A stretch of DNA of 64,000 nt from Paludibacteraceae bacterium (GTDB lineage Bacteria > Bacteroidota > Bacteroidia > Bacteroidales > Paludibacteraceae), in the NCBI GenBank assembly GCA_017527495.1, contig JAFXPY010000004.1:7102-71101 (forward strand), read 5' to 3'. The position numbers and the translations under genes were made by a program. The notes beneath the pieces were generated by a model. That model searched no databases and had not been told where the DNA came from. It was given only the letters and a program-made list of their open reading frames with translations. Numbering within the stretch: position 1 is the first letter of the stretch; each line of letters opens with the position of its first letter. Below are positions 52,229 through 61,852 of this stretch, in pieces.

Positions 52229-55200
52229 TCATTCTCTTATCACAATCGTTTCGCTTGGTGCAGTGGTGCGGAACTCATGAGCGTAGCAGCATTGTGCGGT
52301 GGCAAGTCCTAACTGATAGGTTCCGGGGCGAGTAAGGAAATACTCGGTTTCGATTGCATGAGTGCCTTCGCTCAGACCTAAGTAGGAATAAATGGTTTCG
52401 GTGTCGTGCGGTGCTATATGAACGAAACTGTCGTTCCTTGTCAGTTGGTTAACAGGCTCCATACATGCGGCACGGACATCACGAATCTCGACCATGTCGA
52501 AGTTGCGTTTGCACTCCAACTCAAGTCGAATACGTATGCGGTCGCCTACATGCAGGTTTTCCGTATCGGTGAGTATTTCTCTTCGGAGTATCATATCGCC
52601 GCCTTGCGCCGTAACGTCTTGCAGCGGTTGTATGAACTGAGCGCTCACAACACCCCATGACAGACCTTGAGTGAGTTTGTTGAAAACAACCTGTTTGGTG
52701 TTGTTCTCCAAATCGACATGTGCTGATTTTTCTCGCCCTTGAAACTCTATAGACAGACATGCGTTATCTGCATAAATCTGAACAGCATTGAACATGTTCT
52801 CTGCCGCAAGATGCTCTTTATTTGTGAAAAGCAGTGCATGAACGGCATTCACACTATCAAGCGGTGTCTCCCATTGTTGAGTTCGCTTTTCCTGCAAGAG
52901 CCATATCTGCATCTCGCCAAGTGTTTGGCTGTCGTCAGGGCGAAGTGTGTGCAACACTTCCATGACTAAGACATGTGTAGGAATCTTATAACTCATCCAT
53001 GAATACGAAGCGCGCGGCGTGTCAAACCAGCGTCCTTTTTGTGGCTCAAATGTGGTATATTGATAGAGACTTTCTGCATAGATAGCAGCACGACGATGTT
53101 CACCATTATATTCCAAAATAAGTGCTGTCATGGCTTTCTCGCGAATAGTCTGAATGTGAATGTCTTTCTTGAGCAGTTGCACCAAATAATCGTACGCTTC
53201 CTTCGTTTCACCGGTTAGTTCTCGCTTCTGCAAAGCACAGTTATAGAGATGTTGCAGGCAGGTATAACTCGGGAAATATGTCGTCTTTCCTTCTTTCTCA
53301 TGTTTCTTGAGTTCCTTTACTTCTTTGCACATTTGTATGTCTAAATATGCATTTGCACTGCTCATGATTTTTTCTAATGCACTGCTATCTTGTGTGATAT
53401 GAACAAGTCTTGACAGATGCATCATCACTTCTGCGGTTATGAATGAAGATGAGTGCATGTGGATATACCATGCAAAGCTACCATCTTGCTTTTGCAACCG
53501 CTTTAGTTTGCTTATCAGGTCAAATGTTTTATATGTCTCACCAATATCAGTCATCGCAAGCAGGCGTTGGATATGCTTGGTAAGGCAGCTGCAATATAGT
53601 GCTATGACGATAGATATAACATTCTCGGGATTAGGTTCTACTATCTGCGGTAGTGCCTTGTAGGCGAGCCAGAAAGGATTGGCTGTATAGTCAGCTGAAA
53701 GCCTTCGATGTGTTGACGACTGAGGCACAAGGTCTTGAACGGGAAACGCATATTTGCCAACTTCCGTCTGCGAAAAAGTATGGGTAGCAACTACTTCTTC
53801 TGTGTTCGACAAAACAGGTATTTGATGTCGTTCGCCATCCGAGAAGTCCTCACCTATAACTACTATTGTGCAAATCAATGAACTATATTCTGACGATACT
53901 GCATAATTGAATGCCACATTTTCAGTCTGGTTAGCAGATATTTTAACCTGTTGTTCAGCGCAAAAAACGACCTGCTCTGATTCTGCATCTTGAAGACTGA
54001 TTTGCACTATGCCTGCAAGATCTTTTCCTGAGAGGTTTGTAACTTTTGCGGAGAGCACGACTGCATCACCAGCTCGCATAAATCGCGGAAGATTAGGTTG
54101 AAGCATCATCGGCTTCTGTGCTATTACTTCGTCAGTGATGAAAGCATGGTGCATCTCTCGGGTGTGAGCAAAGCCCTTGAAACACCAAGTGGTAAGGGTG
54201 TCAGGCAGGTCAAACTCTATACTTATATCTCCGTTTTCGTCAGTTCTCAGTTGAGGCATAAAGAAAGCTGTTTCAGCGAAATTGGTGCGGAGTTGTACCT
54301 TTTTGTTTGTTTGATCATTTTCCTCGTCATCATCAGGACATCCACTTGGAGAAGCCGCACTACAACATGCCTTCTCTAAATTATCTGGAACAAATTCATA
54401 TTTAGGACATGAGAGGTAATACTCGTAATATTGGATATTATTGTCATGAATATCATAGGTATTCCATTTCGTGTCGGGTATATGCCACGAAATGTCAGGA
54501 ATTACATGTTTCCAAGAGTGCGGTATCAGTTGCTCGAGCGATTTATCATAGAGTGTGGCAATGAGGTTGGTGGCAATTGGCATGTCGTTTTCTGTTATTC
54601 TGAGTCGCCATGTCTCGTGCGTTCCTGGTTTAAGTCGATTACGGAAAGTCTCCCAATGCATTTGCAGGTCAAGTTTTTCTTCGGGTGGAAGAATAGAAAA
54701 CTCGGCATGATGGAATTCTGCATTTTTAACCCAAGCAAAGCAAGCACGAATACCATATTTATACTCGTCTTTGAATTGCAGTTGTAGGTTGAGCATACCG
54801 TCTGAAGCAACAACATGTCCACGCTCAATCACCTCACGGTCGGATAAAATGCAATATAGGATATAGGTGTCAGAACTGCTTGTGCCGATTTGCAGATATA
54901 TGGGTTCGTCTTTTGTAAATCGCTTTGCGGAACAATAGTACCAATCGTCTGTCTTAATCGCAGGCTTAAGACTTTGTTTGTCAACCACCAAAACAGAGCG
55001 CTCCAACTTTTCTTCCTTGTAACTGATCTGAATAGTATGTTGGCCTATGCCTAACTGCGGAAGCAGAAGGTCGGTATTAGGAGAAACAAGAAGCGGCTTA
55101 TTATCGTCTATTTGTACTTGCACTTGAGCTTGGATTTCCTCACCCCCGACATTGGTCAGCACGATTCGATATTTTGATTGCTCGTGCAGTTCTTTTTTCT

Positions 55201-57325
55201 CAGGCACATTGCAAGAGAGAAAATATTCCCTATTACTCAGCGGAAGCACTATCTCGGCACTATGTGTCTCACCTGTATTGTCTGCCACATCAGCAATAAC
55301 AACAAAATCGTAGTAACCATACTCATCTTTTTCGTAAGGTAATTCCAACTTAACTTGCATTGAGAACGATCCGTCTGAGGCGGTTAGACAAGTACCATTG
55401 TCAATATATTCTCCTTCTCGTTCATATTGGCTGCCTTCGTAGTCCCAATATCGGCTATAGAACCACCACCAGTGGGCGCGACGGCGAACGACCTTATACT
55501 TGACCATAGCACCGCTTATAGGTACTCCGGCATAAGATTGTGCTTGTCCCGAGAGTTGAATTGTATCTTCTGCCTTATAAGATTGATGATACGGATTCAG
55601 AGTAACCTCAAAAGTAGGGTGTTTATACTCTTCTACACGAGCCGAGTAGTTGGCGGTATTGCCAGCATTTATATTAAGTTCGCCTGTTGGAATATCATCA
55701 GGGATAGAAAAATCGACATGCGCTACTCCGAAGTCATCGGTTGTGAGTGCTTTTTTGAGCAGTGTCTTGTGTTTAGCGTCGGTGATGATTAGTGGAAGCA
55801 TTTTAGCCACTGTATTCAGCTTATTGTCGTCTGTTTTGAAATAGGTCAAGACGGCGATGTGAACACATTGTCCGGGGCGATAGATAGAGCGGTCGGTCAG
55901 AATCTTAACGAGATTCTCTTCTCTGTTCTTATTCCAACTGACCCAAGAATATAAATTGTCACATAAAGCCGACTTGTCAGTTGGAGTATAAGCAACTATA
56001 TCATCGTAATGATTATATCTAAATAGAGCTTCCGCATCTTTATTACAGAGATTCTCGGTATAAGTTTTATTGTTTTTGCGATGACTATACCTTTCCACTT
56101 TCCGGATAACTGCACCTTCAACCGGAAATCCGCTCTTAGCATTAAGAACGGCAAAACGTGTCTTTTTCTCTGATTCCTCATTGGCAACAAGCATGAGATT
56201 GCTTACTTGCTGGCGAATGAATTTTCTGACCTTATTGTTTATTCTCAGCTCTATAATATATGTCCCTATCGGAAGACTATCTAAGTTGAACTCGCGAGTT
56301 TCAAAAAGATATGGTGCGATGTCGTGATTCTCAGCCTCAAGTTGCAAAATAGGTTTTTTGTTGCCAATAATCTTTTCTACTTTATCTTCATCATCCATAT
56401 CAACAGCGTCCCAAGCGGTTAGAGCTGTTTCATATACAATAAGGCTGAGTTCTTGAGCATTACGACATTTTAGACATATATGCTTGGGTTGACTCTCGTA
56501 CCAAACTTGTTTAATATCATTGATATTTTCTATAGAAATGGAGCACAATTCTTTTAGATAGTCTTTCAGTTGGTCGGCATGACACCAATCGCCCCATCTT
56601 TTAATAGCATCCGTCAAAAAACGATATTGTGACTGAGCTATTTTGTTTTCTTCGTCTATGGATTCGGCAGCACTATCACTCCATTTTTTATACCTATAGT
56701 ATTGGATGGCCGCTTCACCTGCCACCGGCAAATCTCCATAGTCGTGCATAACATTCTCTAATGCTGCAAGGTCAGGGTTTCTATAGTTTTCTAAAGCTAT
56801 CATGGTGAGCAAATAAGCTTGTGCAGCACGATTATTGGTTTGAGAATAGTGGTCGTAAAGCAATTGATATTGTTGCATTTCAAGTCCGATGACAGCATAG
56901 AGTTCATTGTTGAAAAGTTCTGTCATTTCCGATTCTTTTATAACCCACGAATACTTAGTTAAATCGGTTGACCATATCTCGCTATCCACATTGAATAGTT
57001 TTTTCCAATCTATCTCCTCATTGTCTATATAAAGCGTTTTCTTTGTATGGAAAAGAATAAGCGAAAACACTGCTACCATTGGAATATTATTATCATTGAT
57101 AGCAGAATTCATTCCGTCAACAATAGATTGCAGCACCATTTTAGACATGTCTCTCAAGACATAGTATCCTTGCTTATTAGCAAAAAGAATGAGTTTGCCA
57201 AGCGCTTTCAAGTTATGCTCCTCTAAATAATGGTTGCATAAGTCGTTGTATAATTTTGCACTATCTTGTGGCAAGTCGTTTTTCCATGCTTTGTGCAGTT
57301 GGAAAAGTTGAATGAGTGTGTTCAT
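52229..57325 (-). CDS. alpha-2-macroglobulin/MG2-domain family giant protein, no signal peptide and no thioester motif seen
   Basis: 1698 aa. MG2-type ILTDRSIYRPGQCVHIAVL and EEYKHPTFEV. A2M-type NFAETAFFMPQLRTDENGDISIEFDLPDTLTTWCFKGFAHT. The N-terminal ~400 aa is helical with no hydrophobic signal. No C-x-E-Q was found. Confidence 0.78.
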   Translation of the reverse strand: MNTLIQLFQLHKAWKNDLPQDSAKLYNDLCNHYLEEHNLKALGKLILFANKQGYYVLRDMSKMVLQSIVDGMNSAINDNNIPMVAVFSLILFHTKKTLYIDNEEIDWKKLFNVDSEIWSTDLTKYSWVIKESEMTELFNNELYAVIGLEMQQYQLLYDHYSQTNNRAAQAYLLTMIALENYRNPDLAALENVMHDYGDLPVAGEAAIQYYRYKKWSDSAAESIDEENKIAQSQYRFLTDAIKRWGDWCHADQLKDYLKELCSISIENINDIKQVWYESQPKHICLKCRNAQELSLIVYETALTAWDAVDMDDEDKVEKIIGNKKPILQLEAENHDIAPYLFETREFNLDSLPIGTYIIELRINNKVRKFIRQQVSNLMLVANEESEKKTRFAVLNAKSGFPVEGAVIRKVERYSHRKNNKTYTENLCNKDAEALFRYNHYDDIVAYTPTDKSALCDNLYSWVSWNKNREENLVKILTDRSIYRPGQCVHIAVLTYFKTDDNKLNTVAKMLPLIITDAKHKTLLKKALTTDDFGVAHVDFSIPDDIPTGELNINAGNTANYSARVEEYKHPTFEVTLNPYHQSYKAEDTIQLSGQAQSYAGVPISGAMVKYKVVRRRAHWWWFYSRYWDYEGSQYEREGEYIDNGTCLTASDGSFSMQVKLELPYEKDEYGYYDFVVIADVADNTGETHSAEIVLPLSNREYFLSCNVPEKKELHEQSKYRIVLTNVGGEEIQAQVQVQIDDNKPLLVSPNTDLLLPQLGIGQHTIQISYKEEKLERSVLVVDKQSLKPAIKTDDWYYCSAKRFTKDEPIYLQIGTSSSDTYILYCILSDREVIERGHVVASDGMLNLQLQFKDEYKYGIRACFAWVKNAEFHHAEFSILPPEEKLDLQMHWETFRNRLKPGTHETWRLRITENDMPIATNLIATLYDKSLEQLIPHSWKHVIPDISWHIPDTKWNTYDIHDNNIQYYEYYLSCPKYEFVPDNLEKACCSAASPSGCPDDDEENDQTNKKVQLRTNFAETAFFMPQLRTDENGDISIEFDLPDTLTTWCFKGFAHTREMHHAFITDEVIAQKPMMLQPNLPRFMRAGDAVVLSAKVTNLSGKDLAGIVQISLQDAESEQVVFCAEQQVKISANQTENVAFNYAVSSEYSSLICTIVVIGEDFSDGERHQIPVLSNTEEVVATHTFSQTEVGKYAFPVQDLVPQSSTHRRLSADYTANPFWLAYKALPQIVEPNPENVISIVIALYCSCLTKHIQRLLAMTDIGETYKTFDLISKLKRLQKQDGSFAWYIHMHSSSFITAEVMMHLSRLVHITQDSSALEKIMSSANAYLDIQMCKEVKELKKHEKEGKTTYFPSYTCLQHLYNCALQKRELTGETKEAYDYLVQLLKKDIHIQTIREKAMTALILEYNGEHRRAAIYAESLYQYTTFEPQKGRWFDTPRASYSWMSYKIPTHVLVMEVLHTLRPDDSQTLGEMQIWLLQEKRTQQWETPLDSVNAVHALLFTNKEHLAAENMFNAVQIYADNACLSIEFQGREKSAHVDLENNTKQVVFNKLTQGLSWGVVSAQFIQPLQDVTAQGGDMILRREILTDTENLHVGDRIRIRLELECKRNFDMVEIRDVRAACMEPVNQLTRNDSFVHIAPHDTETIYSYLGLSEGTHAIETEYFLTRPGTYQLGLATAQCCYAHEFRTTAPSETIVIRE

Positions 57326-57396
57326 AATGGTAAGAGAATTAAATTTGTTTTCCTTTTAGTACATCAATGCAGTCTGGTGGCTATTCTGCAATCTTC

Positions 57397-57909
57397 CTAA
57401 TACTCGCTTATGTATATCAAATCCTCGGGATAGTTTTTGTCAAGGGCGTTATCAAATAATGATTTATTCTTTGACAAGAACGCAGTCCATACTTCTTCTA
57501 ATTTCTGTGCCTGTGCGTCGGTGAGTACTAAGCCTGAATGACCGCGTGCCCACTCAAAGTCAGGAATGGCTTGCTCTAATTCGCTGCAAATCAATATCGG
57601 CAACGCATCGGGATTCAACAGCACATCGGGCAGAAAATCTACATAATACGTCTCGCGACCTTTGCCTGACCAATCTTCTTCTTTGTATGGCTCTGAGGTT
57701 ATTGTATCGGAAGAAACGATACCGGTCTGACCATACATTCCGACTTTTACCATGAAGAAACGGTCGCCCTTGTGTATCTCACGCCAGTCCCATACCAACC
57801 AGTTGTAGTCGAAATTATCTTCTTCGCGAAGACGATACATGTCCTCTAAATAATGCATCATCGAATAAGACGAAAATGCAGGGTTCCATTTCAGTATTAC
57901 AGTTTTCAT
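57397..57909 (-). CDS. hypothetical cytoplasmic protein, possibly PUA/EVE-like beta-barrel
   Basis: 170 aa. The pattern VILKWNP....W.VW.W..IHKGDRFFMVKVG..GQTGIVSSDTITSEPY resembles PUA-like (EVE/ASCH) folds; weak, by eye only. -7 box at 57935-57942. Lies 71 bp upstream of the A2M-like gene. Confidence 0.5.
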   Translation of the reverse strand: MKTVILKWNPAFSSYSMMHYLEDMYRLREEDNFDYNWLVWDWREIHKGDRFFMVKVGMYGQTGIVSSDTITSEPYKEEDWSGKGRETYYVDFLPDVLLNPDALPILICSELEQAIPDFEWARGHSGLVLTDAQAQKLEEVWTAFLSKNKSLFDNALDKNYPEDLIYISEY

Positions 57910-57934
57910 GATTATAAAATTTTATTCGTTTTTG

Positions 57935-57942
57935 CAAAATTA
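57935..57942 (-). promoter_or_regulatory. candidate -7 box for 57397..57909 and the A2M-like gene
   Basis: CAAAATTA on the + strand, 26 nt before ATG 57909. No box was seen in the 71-bp gap before the A2M-like gene. Confidence 0.5.
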
Positions 57943-57972
57943 TTGGTTCAAACTGCCAAAAGTGGTCAGTAA

Positions 57973-58140
57973 TACTTTTTTGTTATAGCAGAGTTCCGGT
58001 ATCACCTTTGAATAGTTCTTCAAGTGGCATCGCATTGCCTCCAACTACCAAAGTGTGTTGAGGATGATAGTGCTGTAGAAATGTTCCTAAACCGGTGTTG
58101 TCTTGTCTGAAAAAAATCTGCGATTCTTGCTGAAAAAATC
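57973..58140 (-). pseudogene. possible remnant of the C-terminus of a DUF4143-type AAA ATPase gene
   Basis: A stop-to-stop open frame of 55 sense codons plus its TAA (57973-57975), with no plausible start, reads ..QDNTGLGTFLQHYHPQHTLVVGGNAMPLEELFKGDTGTLL*. This resembles the extreme C-terminus of Bacteroidetes ATP-binding (DUF4143) proteins (from memory). Confidence 0.3.
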
Positions 58141-58220
58141 TGCGATTTATTTAGTGTAGTGATTGATTGTTAGAGTTTTGTGCGGTGTTTTATTTCTTAT
58201 TATGACGGCCGATAGAATTT

Positions 58221-58316
58221 CCTTCCACTTTTCACTTTTCACCTTTCAATAGCTCCTTTCACTTTTCACCTTTCAATAACTCCTTTCACTTTTCACATTG
58301 TATTCACCTTTCAAAA
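58221..58316. repeat. ~26-bp tandem repeat x3 (sense strand ATTGAAAGGTGAAAAGTGAAAGGAGYT) overlapping the ALDH stop codon
   Basis: Direct reading. The ALDH C-terminus ..LKLFER* (TTGAAACTTTTTGAAAGGTGA) runs into the first unit. Confidence 0.85.
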
Positions 58317-59728
58317 AGTTTGAGCATTCGCATTTTTTTCTTACCTGCTTCGCCGCTATATGGGTGTTCGCGCAGTGGTAGGTTGAATATCGTACTGCCT
58401 TTCAATACTGTTTGAGGATGGGTGAATTCTCGAAAACCCCATTCACCGTGATAGGCACCCATGCCCGAATGACCTGTGCCGTTGAAGGGTACTCCTTTCA
58501 CCATGATGTGAATACATACCTCGTTGATACATCCACCACCGAATTGTTGTGTTTGCATCACTCTGTTAGCCCAGCGCATGTCTTTGGTGAAAACATACAT
58601 GGCAAGAGGGTGCTCACGCTCAGCAATGACATCCATTAGATTGTCTATTTCACTATCTTTGAAAGGCACAATAGGCAACAATGGGCAGAATAATTCATGT
58701 TGTACGATAGGTTCGTTGATATCAACGGGGTAGATTATTGTTGGGGCATATTTGCGAGTCTCTTTTGTGCCTCGACCGCCGAAAACAATCCGCTCACGAT
58801 AGAGTTCTGCCTCTTTGGCGCATTTGTCGTATGCCTGATCGGTAATCATTTTTGGATATTCATCGTTGTTTTCCGCATGTTCGCCAATCTGTCTGATAAA
58901 TTCGCTTTTGAGATTTTCAATGAAGGTGTCTGCAACTTCCTCAGCGACGGCTATCTGGTTGATATTGATACATATCTGTCCGGCATTGGTAAGTTTGAAA
59001 AAGGCTATTTTGCGTGCTGCGTCACGCAGGTCGGCATCTTTACGCACAATACACCAATTGCCAGTTTCTCCACCTAATTCCAATGTTACAGGTGTCAGGT
59101 TTTTTGCAGCCTCGGCAAGTACATGCTTGCCAACAGCCGGTGAGCCGGTGTAGAAAATTTTGTCGAAGCGTTGCGCGAGGCACATATCAGCCACGTCGTG
59201 ACCTCCATCAATCAATGTGATGTATTCCGGTGGAAATACTTCGGCAAAGAAATGCTTTAATGCGGCAGTACATGCTGTCGTTTTCGAGCTCGACTTGATT
59301 ACCACCGTGTTGCCGCCTGACATTGCTGCAGCCACAACGCCGATAGTCAGCAAGATAGGAAAATTAAACGGGCTGATAACAAGCGACACACCATAGGGCA
59401 TTTTATAAACTTTTGTTATGAGACTCGGGAAACACATCAGTCCGCTCCAGTGGTGTTCTGGTCTTGACCAACGGCGCAGACCGCTCAATATCTCGTTTAT
59501 CTCCACAATGATAGGGCCTACATCGCAGAGATAAGCCTCTACTTCGCTACGTCCTAAGTCCTCAGCCAAAGCAGCGGTAAAGTCCTCGGCATGTGCAATA
59601 ACGGCTGCTTTGAGTTTCTTCAGTTGCTCAATACGCCATTTGACGGGTAGAGTAGTGCCCGTGCGGAAAAAACGGCGTTGTGCGGCAACAATATCTCGAA
59701 TATCTTGTTCTGAATAAGTTTGTTTCAT
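58304..59728 (-). CDS. NAD(P)+-dependent aldehyde dehydrogenase (class-3-like)
   Basis: 474 aa. LELGGE.. and catalytic-Cys region NAGQICIN. Typical ALDH length. Confidence 0.9.
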   Translation of the reverse strand: MKQTYSEQDIRDIVAAQRRFFRTGTTLPVKWRIEQLKKLKAAVIAHAEDFTAALAEDLGRSEVEAYLCDVGPIIVEINEILSGLRRWSRPEHHWSGLMCFPSLITKVYKMPYGVSLVISPFNFPILLTIGVVAAAMSGGNTVVIKSSSKTTACTAALKHFFAEVFPPEYITLIDGGHDVADMCLAQRFDKIFYTGSPAVGKHVLAEAAKNLTPVTLELGGETGNWCIVRKDADLRDAARKIAFFKLTNAGQICININQIAVAEEVADTFIENLKSEFIRQIGEHAENNDEYPKMITDQAYDKCAKEAELYRERIVFGGRGTKETRKYAPTIIYPVDINEPIVQHELFCPLLPIVPFKDSEIDNLMDVIAEREHPLAMYVFTKDMRWANRVMQTQQFGGGCINEVCIHIMVKGVPFNGTGHSGMGAYHGEWGFREFTHPQTVLKGSTIFNLPLREHPYSGEAGKKKMRMLKLFER

Positions 59729-59752
59729 TTGTTATGAGTGTTATTATGTGAT

Positions 59753-60112
59753 TTAATGTATTTCAGGGTGTTGAATTGTAACCTCTACATCGGGTGTTGC
59801 AACATAGAACATATTGAGTATAACAGGTTTTTTGCCTCTGTTCTCACCTCGATGAATAGTGCCAACGACTTCCACAAGGGTCTCTCCTTCATGAAAAGTT
59901 CGCTCGGTGCCATCTTCGCACACGATGGTCAGGTCGCCTTGTTCGACAATTCCAAAATTAATTACTGTGTGATGGTGCCAACCGGTTTTCTCTCCAGCAG
60001 GGAATACCATGCGGCATGCTCTTATCTCTGATTTTTCTATTGGGTAATGGGGCAGTAATGCTCCGTCCCAGCTATGCGATGTGCATAGCAATTCAGTTGT
60101 TTTGATGTTCAT
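59753..60112 (-). CDS. cupin-domain protein
   Basis: 119 aa. The GWHHH...G..G....H cupin motifs are present. Lies 24 bp upstream of the ALDH gene. Confidence 0.72.
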   Translation of the reverse strand: MNIKTTELLCTSHSWDGALLPHYPIEKSEIRACRMVFPAGEKTGWHHHTVINFGIVEQGDLTIVCEDGTERTFHEGETLVEVVGTIHRGENRGKKPVILNMFYVATPDVEVTIQHPEIH

Positions 60113-60199
60113 ATTACTCTATAATAATTGATAATCGCAAAGATACTACTTTTTTTAAATATTTTTGGCATATTTTTTGCATTTGTTAAATTAAATTTA

Positions 60200-60207
60200 T
60201 AATTTTG
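60200..60207 (+). promoter_or_regulatory. candidate -7 box for the GH28 gene
   Basis: TAATTTTG, 26 nt before ATG 60233. Confidence 0.55.
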
Positions 60208-60232
60208 CGTTGCAAAACTAAATATAACGACA

Positions 60233-61714
60233 ATGAAAAAATTTTATTTTCCGATTCTAATGTTAGTGTTTTGTGCTGTGGTTAATGCGCAAAGCAAGTA
60301 TGATGTTTATTACACCGACTTGCCATTTGAAATAGAGCACGTCAAGCCGGTAAAGTTTCCAACAGCAACAGTTAAGTTGCCTGATTTTGGTGCTGTGGGC
60401 GATGGTGAGACACTTTGTACCGATGCTTTCAAAGCCGCTATCGACAGCTTGAATCGTATAGGAGGTGGTCATCTAATCGTGCCCAAAGGCACATGGAAAA
60501 CAGGTCCTATTGTATTGAAAAGCAATATTGACCTTCACCTGAATCGCGGTGCTGTTATACTTTTCAGTGAGGATAAGACTCTCTATGTAATTCCTGACAA
60601 GAGCGGAAAACCCAAAGACCGTGCAGATGCTTGTATCAAAGCGTCAAAATGCGAGAATGTAGGTATCACGGGTTACGGAACTATCGATGGACAGGGATTT
60701 TTCTGGCGTCCTATAAAGCATAAAAAAGTGATGAAAGACCCTAATGGTGCGCAGATATGGAATGATGCTCTCGCACTTGGCGGCGTGGTGAAAGATGATA
60801 TATGGTATCCGTTTAACCTCAACAACGGAATTAAAAACATCGGTTCTAACGCAGAAGAACAAGGCAATATGCGTTACCACTTAATCAATATAACCGATTC
60901 AAAAAATGTTATAGTTCAAGGCGTTACTCTCAAGAATAGCCCTAAATTCCACCTTGTACCAACTCGTATCCAAAACTTGATTATAGATGGCGTCACTGTT
61001 GATTGTCCGTGGTGGGCACAGAATGGCGATGCTATGGACATTGGTAATACGCAAGTTTGCTTGGTTGTTAATTGCAAAATCAATTGTGGTGACGACGGAA
61101 TATGTATGAAGGGTGGTGTTGGCGACCGTGGTCGCGATGCCGGACCTAATCGTGATTTCTTGATTCAGAACGACACCGTCTATCGTGCGCATGGAGGATT
61201 CGTTATCGGTTCGGAATTTAGTGGCGGTATGCAGCGTATGATTGTTCGTAATTGTTTGTTCGATGGCACCGATATAGGTTTGCGCTTCAAATCAGCCCCG
61301 GGTCGTGGCGGTTGGTGTGAAGACATTATTTGCAAAGACATCATCATGAAAAATATCCGCGAGAACGCAATCTTTTTCGAGGCAGGTTATGCCGATAAGG
61401 CCGTTGGACGCAGCGCAACAGCAGGCGACAATAAAGAGAGTTATTTCCCAGATTGGGCCAACTTTACTTTCCAAAACATTACATGTGTTATGTCAGTAGG
61501 TGCGGTGCAAATCACAGGTATGAAAGGTTTTCCGGTTCATGATTTGAAATTTGATAATGTCAAGTTCATCGGAATCAAGAAAAATGGCTTGAACCTGAAA
61601 TATGCCGAGCGTCTTACCTTCACTAATTGTTCAATTAGTGGCAGCGCAAGCGATGATATTCACAGGTCGTGCAAAGATATTATATGGGACGGCAAAAACA
61701 AAATGGAGGAATAA
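60233..61714 (+). CDS. glycoside hydrolase family 28 (polygalacturonase-like)
   Basis: 493 aa. Signal peptide. Pectin-lyase-fold repeats with NGDAMDI, GDDGICMK and RAHGGFVIGSE motifs typical of GH28. Confidence 0.85.
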   Translation: MKKFYFPILMLVFCAVVNAQSKYDVYYTDLPFEIEHVKPVKFPTATVKLPDFGAVGDGETLCTDAFKAAIDSLNRIGGGHLIVPKGTWKTGPIVLKSNIDLHLNRGAVILFSEDKTLYVIPDKSGKPKDRADACIKASKCENVGITGYGTIDGQGFFWRPIKHKKVMKDPNGAQIWNDALALGGVVKDDIWYPFNLNNGIKNIGSNAEEQGNMRYHLINITDSKNVIVQGVTLKNSPKFHLVPTRIQNLIIDGVTVDCPWWAQNGDAMDIGNTQVCLVVNCKINCGDDGICMKGGVGDRGRDAGPNRDFLIQNDTVYRAHGGFVIGSEFSGGMQRMIVRNCLFDGTDIGLRFKSAPGRGGWCEDIICKDIIMKNIRENAIFFEAGYADKAVGRSATAGDNKESYFPDWANFTFQNITCVMSVGAVQITGMKGFPVHDLKFDNVKFIGIKKNGLNLKYAERLTFTNCSISGSASDDIHRSCKDIIWDGKNKMEE

Positions 61715-61730
61715 GAAAAATATATTTGCT

Positions 61731-61765
61731 AAAGTGGCGACAATGTTTGGTCGCCACTTTTTTTA
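61731..61765 (+). terminator. intrinsic terminator after the GH28 gene
   Basis: AAAGTGGCGAC-AATGTTTG-GTCGCCACTTT followed by TTTTT. Confidence 0.85.
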
Positions 61766-61817
61766 TGCAAAAATAATACATATTAACAATCAATTTGGTA
61801 TTGTGAAAAAAAAGTTG

Positions 61818-61825
61818 TAACTTTG
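61818..61825 (+). promoter_or_regulatory. candidate -7 box for waaA-hisS
   Basis: TAACTTTG, 28 nt before ATG 61853. Confidence 0.55.
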
Positions 61826-61852
61826 CGTGTTATATTGGGAAATTGTGATGAT

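Noticed and set aside
52229-57325. Thioester (CxEQ) site expected for an A2M-family protease trap
   Set aside because: I read through the whole translation and found no C-x-E-Q. The region aligned by eye to the TED start reads EPNPENVIS. The protein is therefore reported as thioester-less, not as a functional trap.
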